This document shows, piece after piece, positions 48,901-57,365 of a stretch of DNA of 64,000 nucleotides. The number at the start of each line of letters is the position of its first letter. Within the stretch, counting starts at the first letter, position 1. Made by a program: the position numbers and the translations under genes. A model generated the notes under the pieces. That model did not search any database. It worked only from the letters and a program-made list of their open reading frames with translations, and was not told the DNA's origin. The DNA comes from a virus (taxonomy: Duplodnaviria > Heunggongvirae > Uroviricota > Caudoviricetes > Crassvirales). The stretch lies in the IMG/VR virus record IMGVR_UViG_3300020047_007580; one strand, 5' to 3'.

Positions 48901-49503
48901 AGTTAGGCCTAGTTCTTCAATTTTATTAAGAACTTCAATTTTAAAATCTTCTTTGTATTTTAAAACCAAATCAGCTCTTCTTAACAATTCTGGGTCAGAA
49001 ACTGAGTTTTTGTAGTTTTCAATAAAATTTTCTATAGTAGATATTACTTTTTTTGGATTTAATTTTGATAAATCTTCAAAGTTTTCTGCCATATTTTCAG
49101 TAACAAAGGCATTAAGAATTATCTTAGAAACTTCTTCAGATTGATCAGAAGTCATTCCAGGAAACTTAATTTTATTAATATACTTTCTTATTCCGTTTGG
49201 AAATTGAAAGTAGTATTGGTCGTACTCAGTCACTTTATCTCCTTTAATTACTCTTTTTTTGATTAATTTAGGTTCTCCTTGATCGTTAACTCTAGTAGAT
49301 ATTTTAGAACCTAAAGGTAAATTAATATCTTCTGAATGTCCATTTGAAAATGAAGTAGCGTAATCACCAAAAAGATCTACGAACTTATTTCCACTAATTT
49401 TAGAGTACTCAGCAAGCGCTGCGTCTTCTCCTAAGATTCTTTCAAGTTCTTTGTACAGTCCGGATTCTCTCCCATCTGTCTTTGCAAATACTTTACAAGC
49501 CAT
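42997..49503 (-). CDS. giant virion-associated RNA polymerase-like protein (2168 aa), crAss-like phage type
   Basis: Uninterrupted 6.5-kb ORF. D-F-D-I-D motif at 45250-45264, like the metal-binding DxDxD of two-barrel RNAPs. Its size matches the single-chain virion RNAP reported for a crAss-like Cellulophaga phage (from memory). Confidence 0.6.
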   Translation of the reverse strand: MACKVFAKTDGRESGLYKELERILGEDAALAEYSKISGNKFVDLFGDYATSFSNGHSEDINLPLGSKISTRVNDQGEPKLIKKRVIKGDKVTEYDQYYFQFPNGIRKYINKIKFPGMTSDQSEEVSKIILNAFVTENMAENFEDLSKLNPKKVISTIENFIENYKNSVSDPELLRRADLVLKYKEDFKIEVLNKIEELGLTYRQSILNEKGEYETELGEDDKAGGINISESFETNSKETAPARIKLVLSLLPDTEGNPEFLAASKRLAIKHKLTQVQVNELRQRHLKGEVIGNLSEEDVKDLSVPRIRHKRDSFLGKAKFAEFDDVWGTLQPLLSDIVSHNSNGGDLVNALDIMKIEMKALASVKPWMGGLLERVNKMDLNQQAQFVQTFAKSKLNFYVTEVDKATNKYKIINATSTNSRDSKIRGQWGVKFAKTFTNGYELTDDARDAIAQTKIALTENMRDFGQLIAGQEHPVQMRQVMLQIPKVVDLFNGLGADITNNDVISYMRMTGGEEKAVESILDLFKSTDYMLKYILDPKTSLVSGDEKVNPFDNQEVVKLLSRAKALFEINMAENNVLANNGKSYFAYSNPSYLHNVINEWKRDASELDKLAVSPYHKGSLWLKYLLNAEKSRQGVLIASNASKREKESKRRISEIQIGLDSSFKSKGENDGKDTKEISPVDALNNAIAKTLGHKAGGKNYAQTLLAADKGRKIEIEGMPTFDSKIDYVDGEWYINDETLSVLADYFEDEYNRMKKVSNELATLSPEKLIVHYHTVGKGIPNGLKSQTFPSLSPENMDKDSLEYITLYKDGLPLGQENGMYSISGMTNEQKAIVKELIKKSLSLRLDDNLKNMDDMGIIHAAEVATNLSVDENIIGAYEGSRDPVRAMSGDFFMNSIINTIEYNKLFLGDPAYFKSMSDMIKRTPASYTDGLQLFLSLNDHVYFNQATVKGAEISSRYVDLIRESVKDKSIADAYTKGKVNSTDAQAWITPRRWKFLKERLGQWTTGPESHQSAWEKMMYVNPKNGKVGQKLSQNEMKLVAQPMKGVYFELNSTVPVYLKYSQAVLIPQLVKGTPMQALLDKMTKDKDGNTLSGKDEIHEVVTIDGIKVGATAPTLIHEPNGDMKVDFELNPVPLKNRGWKLQQDLPTKLAHETMVGSQIQKNILAGIDVNGTYNFNGEEIKGDKILEMIHSTLSNLSDMGKASLMEEFDIKEDASTGKMKINNMDRVYSSLISEFKSRGGNDNILAALEKDLPFDAIPQIRNKVENVFMSMMNKQLTKVYTNGGSFIQVSQFGFDSISDTEKSGIKIVSDNYDKKGLKPPHYDKATKTYMPGQCFMPHSALLKLLPEGTDWNGMSGKQLMAMIDPSALQLVTYRIPNQGMSSNDAMEIVGILPPGVGDSIIAYDAVPAKTGSDFDIDKMYVMMPNLHVDKTTGKVTAVPHDENSKSMKSVQNRLIDLYSSILKSEHAYDKVMTSIDASFFKDDIIGMFPETSLEDLTFYSPAYQMKTKFEYLSGKIGVAQTANQLVDHMVNRHQNITFDGYLGIGAKDNFGNTKFDNEYDINNGHSIADAISAFLNAYVDIAKDPYISRGNHNGITSGVTFMLLRAGTPVEWVNRFVAQPMLAEMTRTTKNSEGITSQELAIDGERFNATEFVRKSNGLGKKAVTAIDVENYVKKYSFKQLETAIKKFSQDRDMSNFTEEEVAMQEETLNIFEYFQEKSKFFAEAVGASKTPDAGDFAQMMVAKNKYENVLFNDKIQGFVDKFKDTFTGTYRQNGINWVNKLVVDNDLFMSANPTLQSTINNMSERTGKGALSTNEEFIKSISADFYSYAMSGLDIFKDNLKDIDVLFRQVPEDIYKMKEDGSTNFLIQELEIKSSAGYNFLKISSKNKPKTYNNKIYRAWVELLRSNVKEERVLGNRLIRYAFSQSGFKTNLNQFFTHIPHEALVNAGVSEHIKSIHQEMNAMDLSEDFRDQMFRHSSADKKIVQRVSSKNIKRVGTTIASTGFVYDEGTETKGGIMTGISKDGAGTYPEFVSRVFKDNGEYSGMPSETTVLYKLVGMSKSTTVDNNGNEKEKFMPTYVRTFKLGAKYNNGSIVEYQYDKKSTNSVISENNISESQQIQIDEFMDEARARGLFLKEDMLSPVREKENKALPLSEEDETNTSENPLTC

Positions 49504-49522
49504 GTTTATTATTTTAAATTAT

Positions 49523-49550
49523 TAAAAAATAGCCCTTCGTTAAAAGGGCT
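49523..49550 (-). terminator. Rho-independent terminator between the 1801-aa gene and the RNAP-like gene
   Basis: On the minus strand AGCCCTTTTAACGAAGGGCT hairpin followed by ATTTTTT. Confidence 0.55.
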
Positions 49551-49560
49551 ATGTATTGTT

Positions 49561-52500
49561 TTAGAATCCGCAACCTGCTTCATCTTGGAAATCATTATAA
49601 AAGTCTGATAAAGAATCTTCCTCGTTGTATTGAGCTAGATTTACATCATCATTATTAACTTGATTAAAATCAGGAACTTTTTCAGTTTCTAATTGTACGT
49701 CAAGCGTATTAGTTGAATTATTTATTTCATCAAGAGCAGATAAATCTGCTTGTTCTTGCTCTATCGCTAATTCATTTGACAAATCTAATGAATTCATTCC
49801 CATTAATAGCATTTTTGGATCACTAATTTTAGGTGATTCTGTGGTTTTTTCTTCGGTAGTGTTTTTTGATTGGTAAACTTCCGCAGCATAAGCAATAGAG
49901 TCTCTTATTCTTTTAGCTACTTCAACTTTGTCGTTCATTAATAAAACTCTGGCTTTAGCTCCTTCAAATGGACCAACTATTCCAATAGACTCAAGCATAT
50001 CAATGTATATTGCTGCTTTATTGTATCCCAATTTCAAGCTTCTTTGGATTGCAGAAGCTGATCCTGAACCATTTAGTATAATAACTTCTGCAGCCTGAAT
50101 AAATTTGTCGACATTCTCGCCATCTATACCTGACGATCCAATAAATTCTTGATAAATTTGATCAATCTCTTCATTAGACATTTCTCTATCAGGAGCTTTT
50201 TCTATAGCATTAGCAAGATCTTCTGAACCAATTTCATTTACTTTTCCAGTGAACTTTCCAGTATATTGAGCCATTACTTTTGCGCCTACAGCAGAAGTTG
50301 ATAATATTTCATTACCATTAGAAGCTGAGCCTGGAGTAATGTTTACTATTGTTCCTATTGCAGTCGCTGCGTAAACCTGATTACCAATAGTTATTTTTTC
50401 ATACTTAAGAAGTCCTGATTTAAGGAGAGCTTTATTAATTAATTTAAAGTCTTTCTTAGGATCTAATTCTTTCCCTGTTTTTTCATTGACAACCACTCCT
50501 CCATCTTTTATAATTAAATTAAAGTTTGACTTATCGTCTTTTTTAATTACAACTTTTATTTCATTAGTATCTTGTTCAGGTAAATTAGACATATCGTCTT
50601 TAATTACAGATTCTTTTAATTTAAGATCGTACTTTTCATTTATAGCCTTTACGTCTTCAAGAATTAATTTAAGCGCTACTTCAAGTTTTGCTACGAAATT
50701 AATGTCAGCAGGAGACCTTCTTTCTTTTGGTCTAAGAGCTAGATCTGCTATCTCTTCAGCTATATTATTTTCTATGTCTTTTCCGGTTAAAAATTCTCCA
50801 TTTTTTAAATAATTTCCATTTTTAAATGTAGTAAACAATTCGTAATCTATTGACAAAGACTCATCTTCTTTTATAGCCAACTTTATTTCAGAATGCCTAT
50901 CTCTCTCTATAAATGACTCGTTACTAGTAGTTTTGCTTTTAGGAGCCGGTTGTGTTTGAACAACTACTTTTGTTGCAGGTCCAGAAGACTTCTCTGCATT
51001 ATACCTATCATTAACTGCTTGATTTGCTAGTGCCGCAGTATCTCTTAGTATTTCTATGGCAGTATTGGACGCGTCATAATATGTTGCAGCAAATTTACCA
51101 TTAGTTGATTTGTCTGAATACGTTCCTGCTTTTTCTGACATTTTTCTTCTTTCAGATTTAGGTTTCCCACCTGGTACTGGAGGAGTATGTTGTAATAGTT
51201 GAGCTGGATTAGAAACTGGAACTGGCTTAACTGTGTCTGGAGCCTTGATGTAAATATCAGTTTTTCCTCCAAACAAAGGTCCATTTGTTACCGCGTCAGT
51301 ATTTATTAATCCTGAAGAAATTGCATAATCTCTATACGCCGGTGAAGATCGCCATAATCCAACATTAAATTGTCTTCTTTTTGTATTCATTAAAAATTCA
51401 ACCAATTTCTCATGATTAAATAGAGATTTTGGAGTAACTTTTAAATCTGCATTTCCAAATTTAACCCACTCTCCACTAATAAATAATTCTGAAGCCTTTC
51501 CTTCAGTTTGAGGAGATACATATGTAAAGAAGTCTACTATATCCATAAGAGAAGGATCTGCTTTTTCCATGGCGCCTAATTCTTCTTTCATTGTTTCAAG
51601 AATTTTAAGTCTAGTTTCATCCTTCATTTGTGATAAAGGAGTTTCGAACTTATTTTCTTTAGTAATTACAGAAGTTAATAATCCTGCTATAATTTCAGCT
51701 TCATTTTGACTATGCTTTTTAATGTTAATTTTTAACGGAAATTTAGTTCCGTCAGCTTTTGGGACAGATAAAAATATAGTTCCTCTCATTGGTGTTTTAG
51801 CTCCAGTCGTTCCTGTAAGTAAAGGAAGCGTTAATTGTCTCCCCACAAATTCTTTGTGACGCTCGCCATCCATATTCATCAACTCTCCAAATTCATTTGT
51901 ATACATTAGGCTGTCTTCTATAGCTTGAGTCACTTGACTTGGTGATGCTTGAGTTCCTTTTAAGTCAAATAATTCATCCATTATTGGAGCTAAATGTTGT
52001 AAATCACCAATATTATTCTCTGGTATTACTCCTTCAATAGCCGGTGACGCATTAACTTTTCCTCCATATTGAACAGTTACTTTTGAAGTAGTTGTTTTTA
52101 ACGGATTAGAGTTCATTTGATCTATAAATGCTTTTCTAATAGGAAAGTCTTGTCTTGCCCAAGCTGCCTCGTATCCTGAATTTTGCCCTTCAAGTCTAGC
52201 TGATAAAAATGCACTTCTTTCATCAAGTTCAGTATCGCCGTCTTTTTTATCTATAATTACTTTTAAAGGAAGATGATTATATACATTTGCATTTATGATT
52301 CCTTTATTAAAATCATCTATTGCTTGTTTAACTAATTGAGGTTGCTTTGCTCCTGCGTAAACTACTGTGCCTGATTGAATAGTTACCGGAGTTCCTATTT
52401 TATTTTTACCATTTAACATCCAATCATTATAGTTTTTATTGCCGGTAGCGCCATAAATGCTAGTATTTTCTGATGCTTCTGACATTTTTTTCTTGGCAAT

Positions 52501-54966
52501 ATCACTTTGTTTAACCATTGCTCCATGAATATCAACTTCTTCTACAGCAAGTTCATCTTCTAAATTTTTTCCTACTGGAATTATATTTGCATCAGGAACT
52601 GCTGTTGGGTTATTTATAGCAGAAGCCTGCCCTTCTTTAGTAAGAGTTGATTTATGCTCATCTTGTTTAGCTTTTGCAGCACTATTTTTTTCTTCTATAG
52701 CTATCTCATCAATTCTTTTGTCTACCAACGCGTGTAATTCTGCTTTCTTTTCTTTAGAAGTTTTTACGTCTTCGTCAATATTAGCCTTGGCTTGCATTGC
52801 TTGTTCTACTGATTTTAAACTTTTAACTCTATTTCTCATTTGAACCATTCTTAATTCAGCTTGATAAGATTTAGATTGAAGTTTTATATTCTCTTTTTGC
52901 ATTAAGTTTATAGCGTCAGTAAGCAAAGTATGTTCAGTAGCTTTCATGATTAAATCCTCAGAAGATTGCTCATATCCAGCTCCAATTAACTTGTCACTAT
53001 CTTTTTCATCCTTTGTTCTTGGATCGTTTGAATTAAGTTCAACCATTTTAAGATTCAACTTGTCAATTATCTTTTTATTTTTGTCTATTAAAGCTTGCCT
53101 GTTTTCTATCTGATATTTTGATTCAGTATTTTTCATAGCAGCTTCATGAATCTCATTTGCTTTTTTAAGAGCAACTAAATTACCTTTTGTTGAAAACCTT
53201 TCTTGATAATGATTAGTTAGTTTGTCAGCGTTAGGAACAGAATCTTTTATGTTTTGAATCTCTTTGGTAACTTCTTTTGTTCTATTGTCGAATGATTTTA
53301 CATAATGATCATTTGAAGCCATTTTAGCTGCAATATTACTATCATACTTGTTAGAGTGTTTAAGATAACTTTCTCTTATGCTATAAGCTTGGGATATCAA
53401 GCTAGGGACATATTTTTTAAATAATTCAGGATCTAATTCAATTCCTAAGTTTTTTTCAAATCCAGCTTGCTCAGCTTGAGACATTTTTGACATTCCTTGC
53501 AAAGACTCAATATATTCAGCAAACTTTCCATTATCAATAGCGTCTACCGCCATGTGCACTCCTGAACCATCAATTGCAGCTTGTCTTTTTACTGGATCTC
53601 CAGATTGGTCAGCTTTAGCAATTTCATTTTGCATTAACTGAAATGAAGCTCCACGTCTAGCAATATAGTCTCCTTGTATTGTAGCGTAATTTGCCTCTGC
53701 ATTTTTTCTTTCTGTAGATTTAAACAGTTCAGATGTACCTTTACCTGCAGCTTGAAAAATATTTCCACCTAATCCTCCCCAGAAGGCAGAAGTAAGCATT
53801 TCTTCGTCTCCAATTTTAGAACTCGTTTTTTTATCATATTCTTTTTCAGTAATCAATCCCGCTTTTAAATCAGAAAGTAATTTACCTCTCTCGGCAACAT
53901 AATATTGGTAAGACTCTTCGGCGCCCTCTGACGCAAATGTACCTGCGCCGGCCATTAATGCTCCTTTTATTCCTGGTTTAACTCCGCTTGCTGTTATTTC
54001 AGCAATCTTAGACTCCATTTTCATAGAAACAGGATTAAACACTTTACCTAACGCTAGGTATTGAGGTATGTCTTGAAGTAACATAGCCCAGTCAGATCTA
54101 TAAGTTGACGACGCTCCTTCCGATGCAAGCTGAGTAGCTTCTTCTTCTGTGAAATACTCTTTAGTTTTAGGATTAATTCTAGATTGAAGAGATGCTTTTT
54201 GTTCGTTAAATACTCCTGAAGCTTCCATTGAATTTTCTATATGTCTTGAAACTATTGCTTGAGTTATACCCTCAGCCATCCATGTTTCATACTTACCCAT
54301 TTTAGAAGCTATATCTAAAGACTTACTTATTATGCCGGCTCCTTTTGATGCAGCCTTTCCTAACATTCCTAAAGCCTTAGTAGCGGCTCCAGAAGGAATA
54401 AGCATAGATAGTGATGAGGCGACAGAAACTCCGTTACTAAACCACCATCCAGAATCTCCCATACCAGAATCCTTTACTTGATGTATTGCCATATTTTCTT
54501 GAGCGAATTCACGAGTATCTTTTCCAAGTTCAGTCATCCAGTTTCCCCAGTCTTGCTCTGTTCCTCCAAGATAATCTATAGCACTTCCTATTTCTCCAAT
54601 ATAACCGAGTCCTTCTATAGTTCCTCCAATAACTTCTCCAACAACAGCTTGTCCAACCATGTTTCTTGCTTGCTCAAACCATCCTTGTTGATTAGCCCTG
54701 TCTTCATTTAGAGCTTCAACTCCTCCTGGTCCAAGAACTACATTTCCCCTATTGTAATCTGTTTTGTAATCTTCAACGTCAACTCCTACGTGGTAATTTA
54801 CATCTCTTTTACCTAAGCTTTTTCTATCAATTCCACCAGGAGCAACGTCGTACTCCTGTGGCTTTAATTTTGGCGCTTTTGCTGGCGGATCTATTTTTGG
54901 TCCTTTATCAATTGTCTTAACTGATTCTTCGGAACTAACTATGTTGAAATCTTTTTCTTCTGCCAT
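49561..54966 (-). CDS. giant virion protein (1801 aa) with C-terminal FtsK-gamma-like winged-helix domain
   Basis: Uninterrupted 5.4-kb ORF. ...SAIQRSLKLGYNKAAIYIDMLESIGIVGPFEGAKARVLL... closely matches the FtsK gamma consensus (QRxxRIGYNRAARxIDxxExxGIVGPxxGSKxREVL). Long coiled-coil segments. Confidence 0.65.
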   Translation of the reverse strand: MAEEKDFNIVSSEESVKTIDKGPKIDPPAKAPKLKPQEYDVAPGGIDRKSLGKRDVNYHVGVDVEDYKTDYNRGNVVLGPGGVEALNEDRANQQGWFEQARNMVGQAVVGEVIGGTIEGLGYIGEIGSAIDYLGGTEQDWGNWMTELGKDTREFAQENMAIHQVKDSGMGDSGWWFSNGVSVASSLSMLIPSGAATKALGMLGKAASKGAGIISKSLDIASKMGKYETWMAEGITQAIVSRHIENSMEASGVFNEQKASLQSRINPKTKEYFTEEEATQLASEGASSTYRSDWAMLLQDIPQYLALGKVFNPVSMKMESKIAEITASGVKPGIKGALMAGAGTFASEGAEESYQYYVAERGKLLSDLKAGLITEKEYDKKTSSKIGDEEMLTSAFWGGLGGNIFQAAGKGTSELFKSTERKNAEANYATIQGDYIARRGASFQLMQNEIAKADQSGDPVKRQAAIDGSGVHMAVDAIDNGKFAEYIESLQGMSKMSQAEQAGFEKNLGIELDPELFKKYVPSLISQAYSIRESYLKHSNKYDSNIAAKMASNDHYVKSFDNRTKEVTKEIQNIKDSVPNADKLTNHYQERFSTKGNLVALKKANEIHEAAMKNTESKYQIENRQALIDKNKKIIDKLNLKMVELNSNDPRTKDEKDSDKLIGAGYEQSSEDLIMKATEHTLLTDAINLMQKENIKLQSKSYQAELRMVQMRNRVKSLKSVEQAMQAKANIDEDVKTSKEKKAELHALVDKRIDEIAIEEKNSAAKAKQDEHKSTLTKEGQASAINNPTAVPDANIIPVGKNLEDELAVEEVDIHGAMVKQSDIAKKKMSEASENTSIYGATGNKNYNDWMLNGKNKIGTPVTIQSGTVVYAGAKQPQLVKQAIDDFNKGIINANVYNHLPLKVIIDKKDGDTELDERSAFLSARLEGQNSGYEAAWARQDFPIRKAFIDQMNSNPLKTTTSKVTVQYGGKVNASPAIEGVIPENNIGDLQHLAPIMDELFDLKGTQASPSQVTQAIEDSLMYTNEFGELMNMDGERHKEFVGRQLTLPLLTGTTGAKTPMRGTIFLSVPKADGTKFPLKINIKKHSQNEAEIIAGLLTSVITKENKFETPLSQMKDETRLKILETMKEELGAMEKADPSLMDIVDFFTYVSPQTEGKASELFISGEWVKFGNADLKVTPKSLFNHEKLVEFLMNTKRRQFNVGLWRSSPAYRDYAISSGLINTDAVTNGPLFGGKTDIYIKAPDTVKPVPVSNPAQLLQHTPPVPGGKPKSERRKMSEKAGTYSDKSTNGKFAATYYDASNTAIEILRDTAALANQAVNDRYNAEKSSGPATKVVVQTQPAPKSKTTSNESFIERDRHSEIKLAIKEDESLSIDYELFTTFKNGNYLKNGEFLTGKDIENNIAEEIADLALRPKERRSPADINFVAKLEVALKLILEDVKAINEKYDLKLKESVIKDDMSNLPEQDTNEIKVVIKKDDKSNFNLIIKDGGVVVNEKTGKELDPKKDFKLINKALLKSGLLKYEKITIGNQVYAATAIGTIVNITPGSASNGNEILSTSAVGAKVMAQYTGKFTGKVNEIGSEDLANAIEKAPDREMSNEEIDQIYQEFIGSSGIDGENVDKFIQAAEVIILNGSGSASAIQRSLKLGYNKAAIYIDMLESIGIVGPFEGAKARVLLMNDKVEVAKRIRDSIAYAAEVYQSKNTTEEKTTESPKISDPKMLLMGMNSLDLSNELAIEQEQADLSALDEINNSTNTLDVQLETEKVPDFNQVNNDDVNLAQYNEEDSLSDFYNDFQDEAGCGF

Positions 54967-54977
54967 TTTTTTATTTA

Positions 54978-57209
54978 TTATCGTTGATAAGCATCTAATA
55001 TATCTATAACCGCATCGACTCCTCCGGCAGGAAGGCCTTTACTTTTAACGACGTCTTTTCCGCCACTTTTATTGTATCTATCTTTGTCTATCTTATAAAC
55101 TACAAAAGACTCTGATCCTTCATCTTCTTTTCTTATTTTTTCAACATAAAGTAATTGACCGTCTTTTGTTTCTTGATTAGGTATTACTCCATGAGAGAAT
55201 GATTGTTGATGAATTCCCATTCCGCCTACATCTCCAGCATAATATGAATTTTTAATCATTCTATCTCCGTCGTTTTTATAAGCTCCAGAATTAACTAACG
55301 ACTGCCCTACTTGTCTTTGAAGTATTTTTCCTTGCTCACCTCTTGTTATTGCTCTTGCAGCAAGGAATGTACCATCCTTATCTTTAGCCACTAAAGTTTC
55401 AATTGGGTTTCCAGCTAAGTCATATCCGTTAGTTGGCATTACATAATATTTAGTTCCTTTTGGCTGAGCATCTCTAAATTCATCTAGTGATGCTCCTGAG
55501 TTAGCTTCTTTCCATCCTTGACCTCCCCTAGCATTAAATGAATCTGTAAGTGCTTTTTGAGCCGCTCCGGTGACACTAGCGTATTTACCAGTAGATGATC
55601 CATCAAATGTTTGATAACTTGCTGCAGCAGGATTATCTTTAAGATAATTTTTAGCTTTCTTTTCGTAAGAATCAGTTTTGTCAAGATATTCTCCGTAAGC
55701 CTTATTAACATTTCCATTTTTAGGGAACAATAGCCCTTTATTTAACATGACTAATTTTTTAACTTCAAACTTATAAGCACTTTCGTTAGGAATAACCATC
55801 ATTGAAAGTTTTGTTCTTTGGTCATCAGTAAGTCCTAATTTTTTCTCCTGAATTTTTCTATAATCTCTTTGAACTAATTCTCCACTAAAAAAACCTCTAA
55901 GTTTTTCCCCAAATGAAGGTGCATTTTTAATCATATTGTCTATTTTAGTATCAATACTAGCTCCTTCTGCTACTCTTCTTCTATCTATATTATTCATTCC
56001 AGCATTAGATCTTTCGTATATTGCATTAAGATTAGATGATAAATTTTGATACTTAATACCAGCTTGTTGATTTGCATTGTTTAATCTGTTCCATTCGTCA
56101 TCAGTTCTAGGGTCAATTCCTTTTCCTTTTAAAACTTCTGCTTTTTTTCTTAATTGATATGAAGTTGAATCTACTTCTCCTTTTGCTATTCCTAAATTAG
56201 ATTTTAAATCTTCGTATTTAACTGGAGGAATATCAAGAAGTCCTGAATCTGCAGCAATCACCATATCATTTGCAGCTTTTTCATCTAAACCTCTATTCAT
56301 CATCGCTATTCCAACATGATCTGTAACCATTGTGTATTTAGCGTCTTCTTTTCTGTAAGCTGCGCCTGTGGCTGCTCCAAGTAGTTGCGCTCCAAAATAA
56401 GATTTAGGAACAAATACTTCTTTACTAACACCATCTTTTTTAACAATTTGGTATTCACCAATGTTTGTTGGATCTTTTTCTCCAGAAAATGCAGATGATT
56501 GTTTTAATGATGCCTGTAATTTATGGTCATATTGAGCTTGAAGAGCTAATGCTTTAATTATCTTTGAGGCATCTTTATGTTCTACAGTTCCACTTTTCCA
56601 TGCAGTTTCGAATTGAGCAACAGTTCCATACTTTTGAAGCATAATTGGATCTGTATCTGCGGCTACCTTTGCAATATTATCGTTAATCCATTTATTAGTA
56701 TCTACATAATCCTCAAGCTCTTTACCAGAAAATGAATTAAATTTTCCTTCTCCAGCGTCCGTTCCTTTGAATGATGATACTTGTGCTTGAGCCCATTTCT
56801 TAGCTTCTGAAGGAGACCATCCGGCCTGTCTTTCTTTCTTTTCAGTAAGGTCTTTAACAAATGCTGAAGCTGAAGAATAGTTTGCTTGAGCATTACCTAT
56901 TAATCCTTGTTGTCCGAATTCTTTTTCTTTAGCTCTCTTCAACTCATTAAGTTTAGCCATTGTGTTTCTATCAACACCTCTATCTAGTAAAGTAGCAGTT
57001 ATTTTATTAGCTTCGCCTCTTAAGCTTTCTAATCTTCCCGTAACAGCTTCTCTGTCTTGCTCTAAACTAGACGCTTGTAGCGCAGCGTATTCATTAGCTG
57101 CGCTTTGCGCTTCATCATGTTGCTTTTGCTTAGCCATCGGGATCATCATTATAGTCTGTAAATCCAGAGGTTTAAATGACCCAGTGCTCATTGATGTATA
57201 TCTATTCAT
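54978..57209 (-). CDS. virion structural protein (743 aa)
   Basis: Long ORF in the late operon with no diagnostic motif. Confidence 0.6.
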   Translation of the reverse strand: MNRYTSMSTGSFKPLDLQTIMMIPMAKQKQHDEAQSAANEYAALQASSLEQDREAVTGRLESLRGEANKITATLLDRGVDRNTMAKLNELKRAKEKEFGQQGLIGNAQANYSSASAFVKDLTEKKERQAGWSPSEAKKWAQAQVSSFKGTDAGEGKFNSFSGKELEDYVDTNKWINDNIAKVAADTDPIMLQKYGTVAQFETAWKSGTVEHKDASKIIKALALQAQYDHKLQASLKQSSAFSGEKDPTNIGEYQIVKKDGVSKEVFVPKSYFGAQLLGAATGAAYRKEDAKYTMVTDHVGIAMMNRGLDEKAANDMVIAADSGLLDIPPVKYEDLKSNLGIAKGEVDSTSYQLRKKAEVLKGKGIDPRTDDEWNRLNNANQQAGIKYQNLSSNLNAIYERSNAGMNNIDRRRVAEGASIDTKIDNMIKNAPSFGEKLRGFFSGELVQRDYRKIQEKKLGLTDDQRTKLSMMVIPNESAYKFEVKKLVMLNKGLLFPKNGNVNKAYGEYLDKTDSYEKKAKNYLKDNPAAASYQTFDGSSTGKYASVTGAAQKALTDSFNARGGQGWKEANSGASLDEFRDAQPKGTKYYVMPTNGYDLAGNPIETLVAKDKDGTFLAARAITRGEQGKILQRQVGQSLVNSGAYKNDGDRMIKNSYYAGDVGGMGIHQQSFSHGVIPNQETKDGQLLYVEKIRKEDEGSESFVVYKIDKDRYNKSGGKDVVKSKGLPAGGVDAVIDILDAYQR

Positions 57210-57311
57210 TATCTATATTTTAGAAGATTTTATTGTCTTGACTACAAAAGTAATTATAAAATTAGTATTATACGTGTTTTTATATATCACTTTGTTATTA
57301 TTATACAAAAT

Positions 57312-57346
57312 AACCAACGAGTTAAGCTAAGCTAGTCTCGTTGGTT
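57312..57346 (-). terminator. Hairpin (10-bp stem AACCAACGAG/CTCGTTGGTT), possible terminator/processing site
   Basis: Perfect inverted repeat in the 156-bp gap between the 875-aa and 743-aa genes. Weak T-run. Confidence 0.4.
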
Positions 57347-57365
57347 AAATTTAATTTTATGTAGA

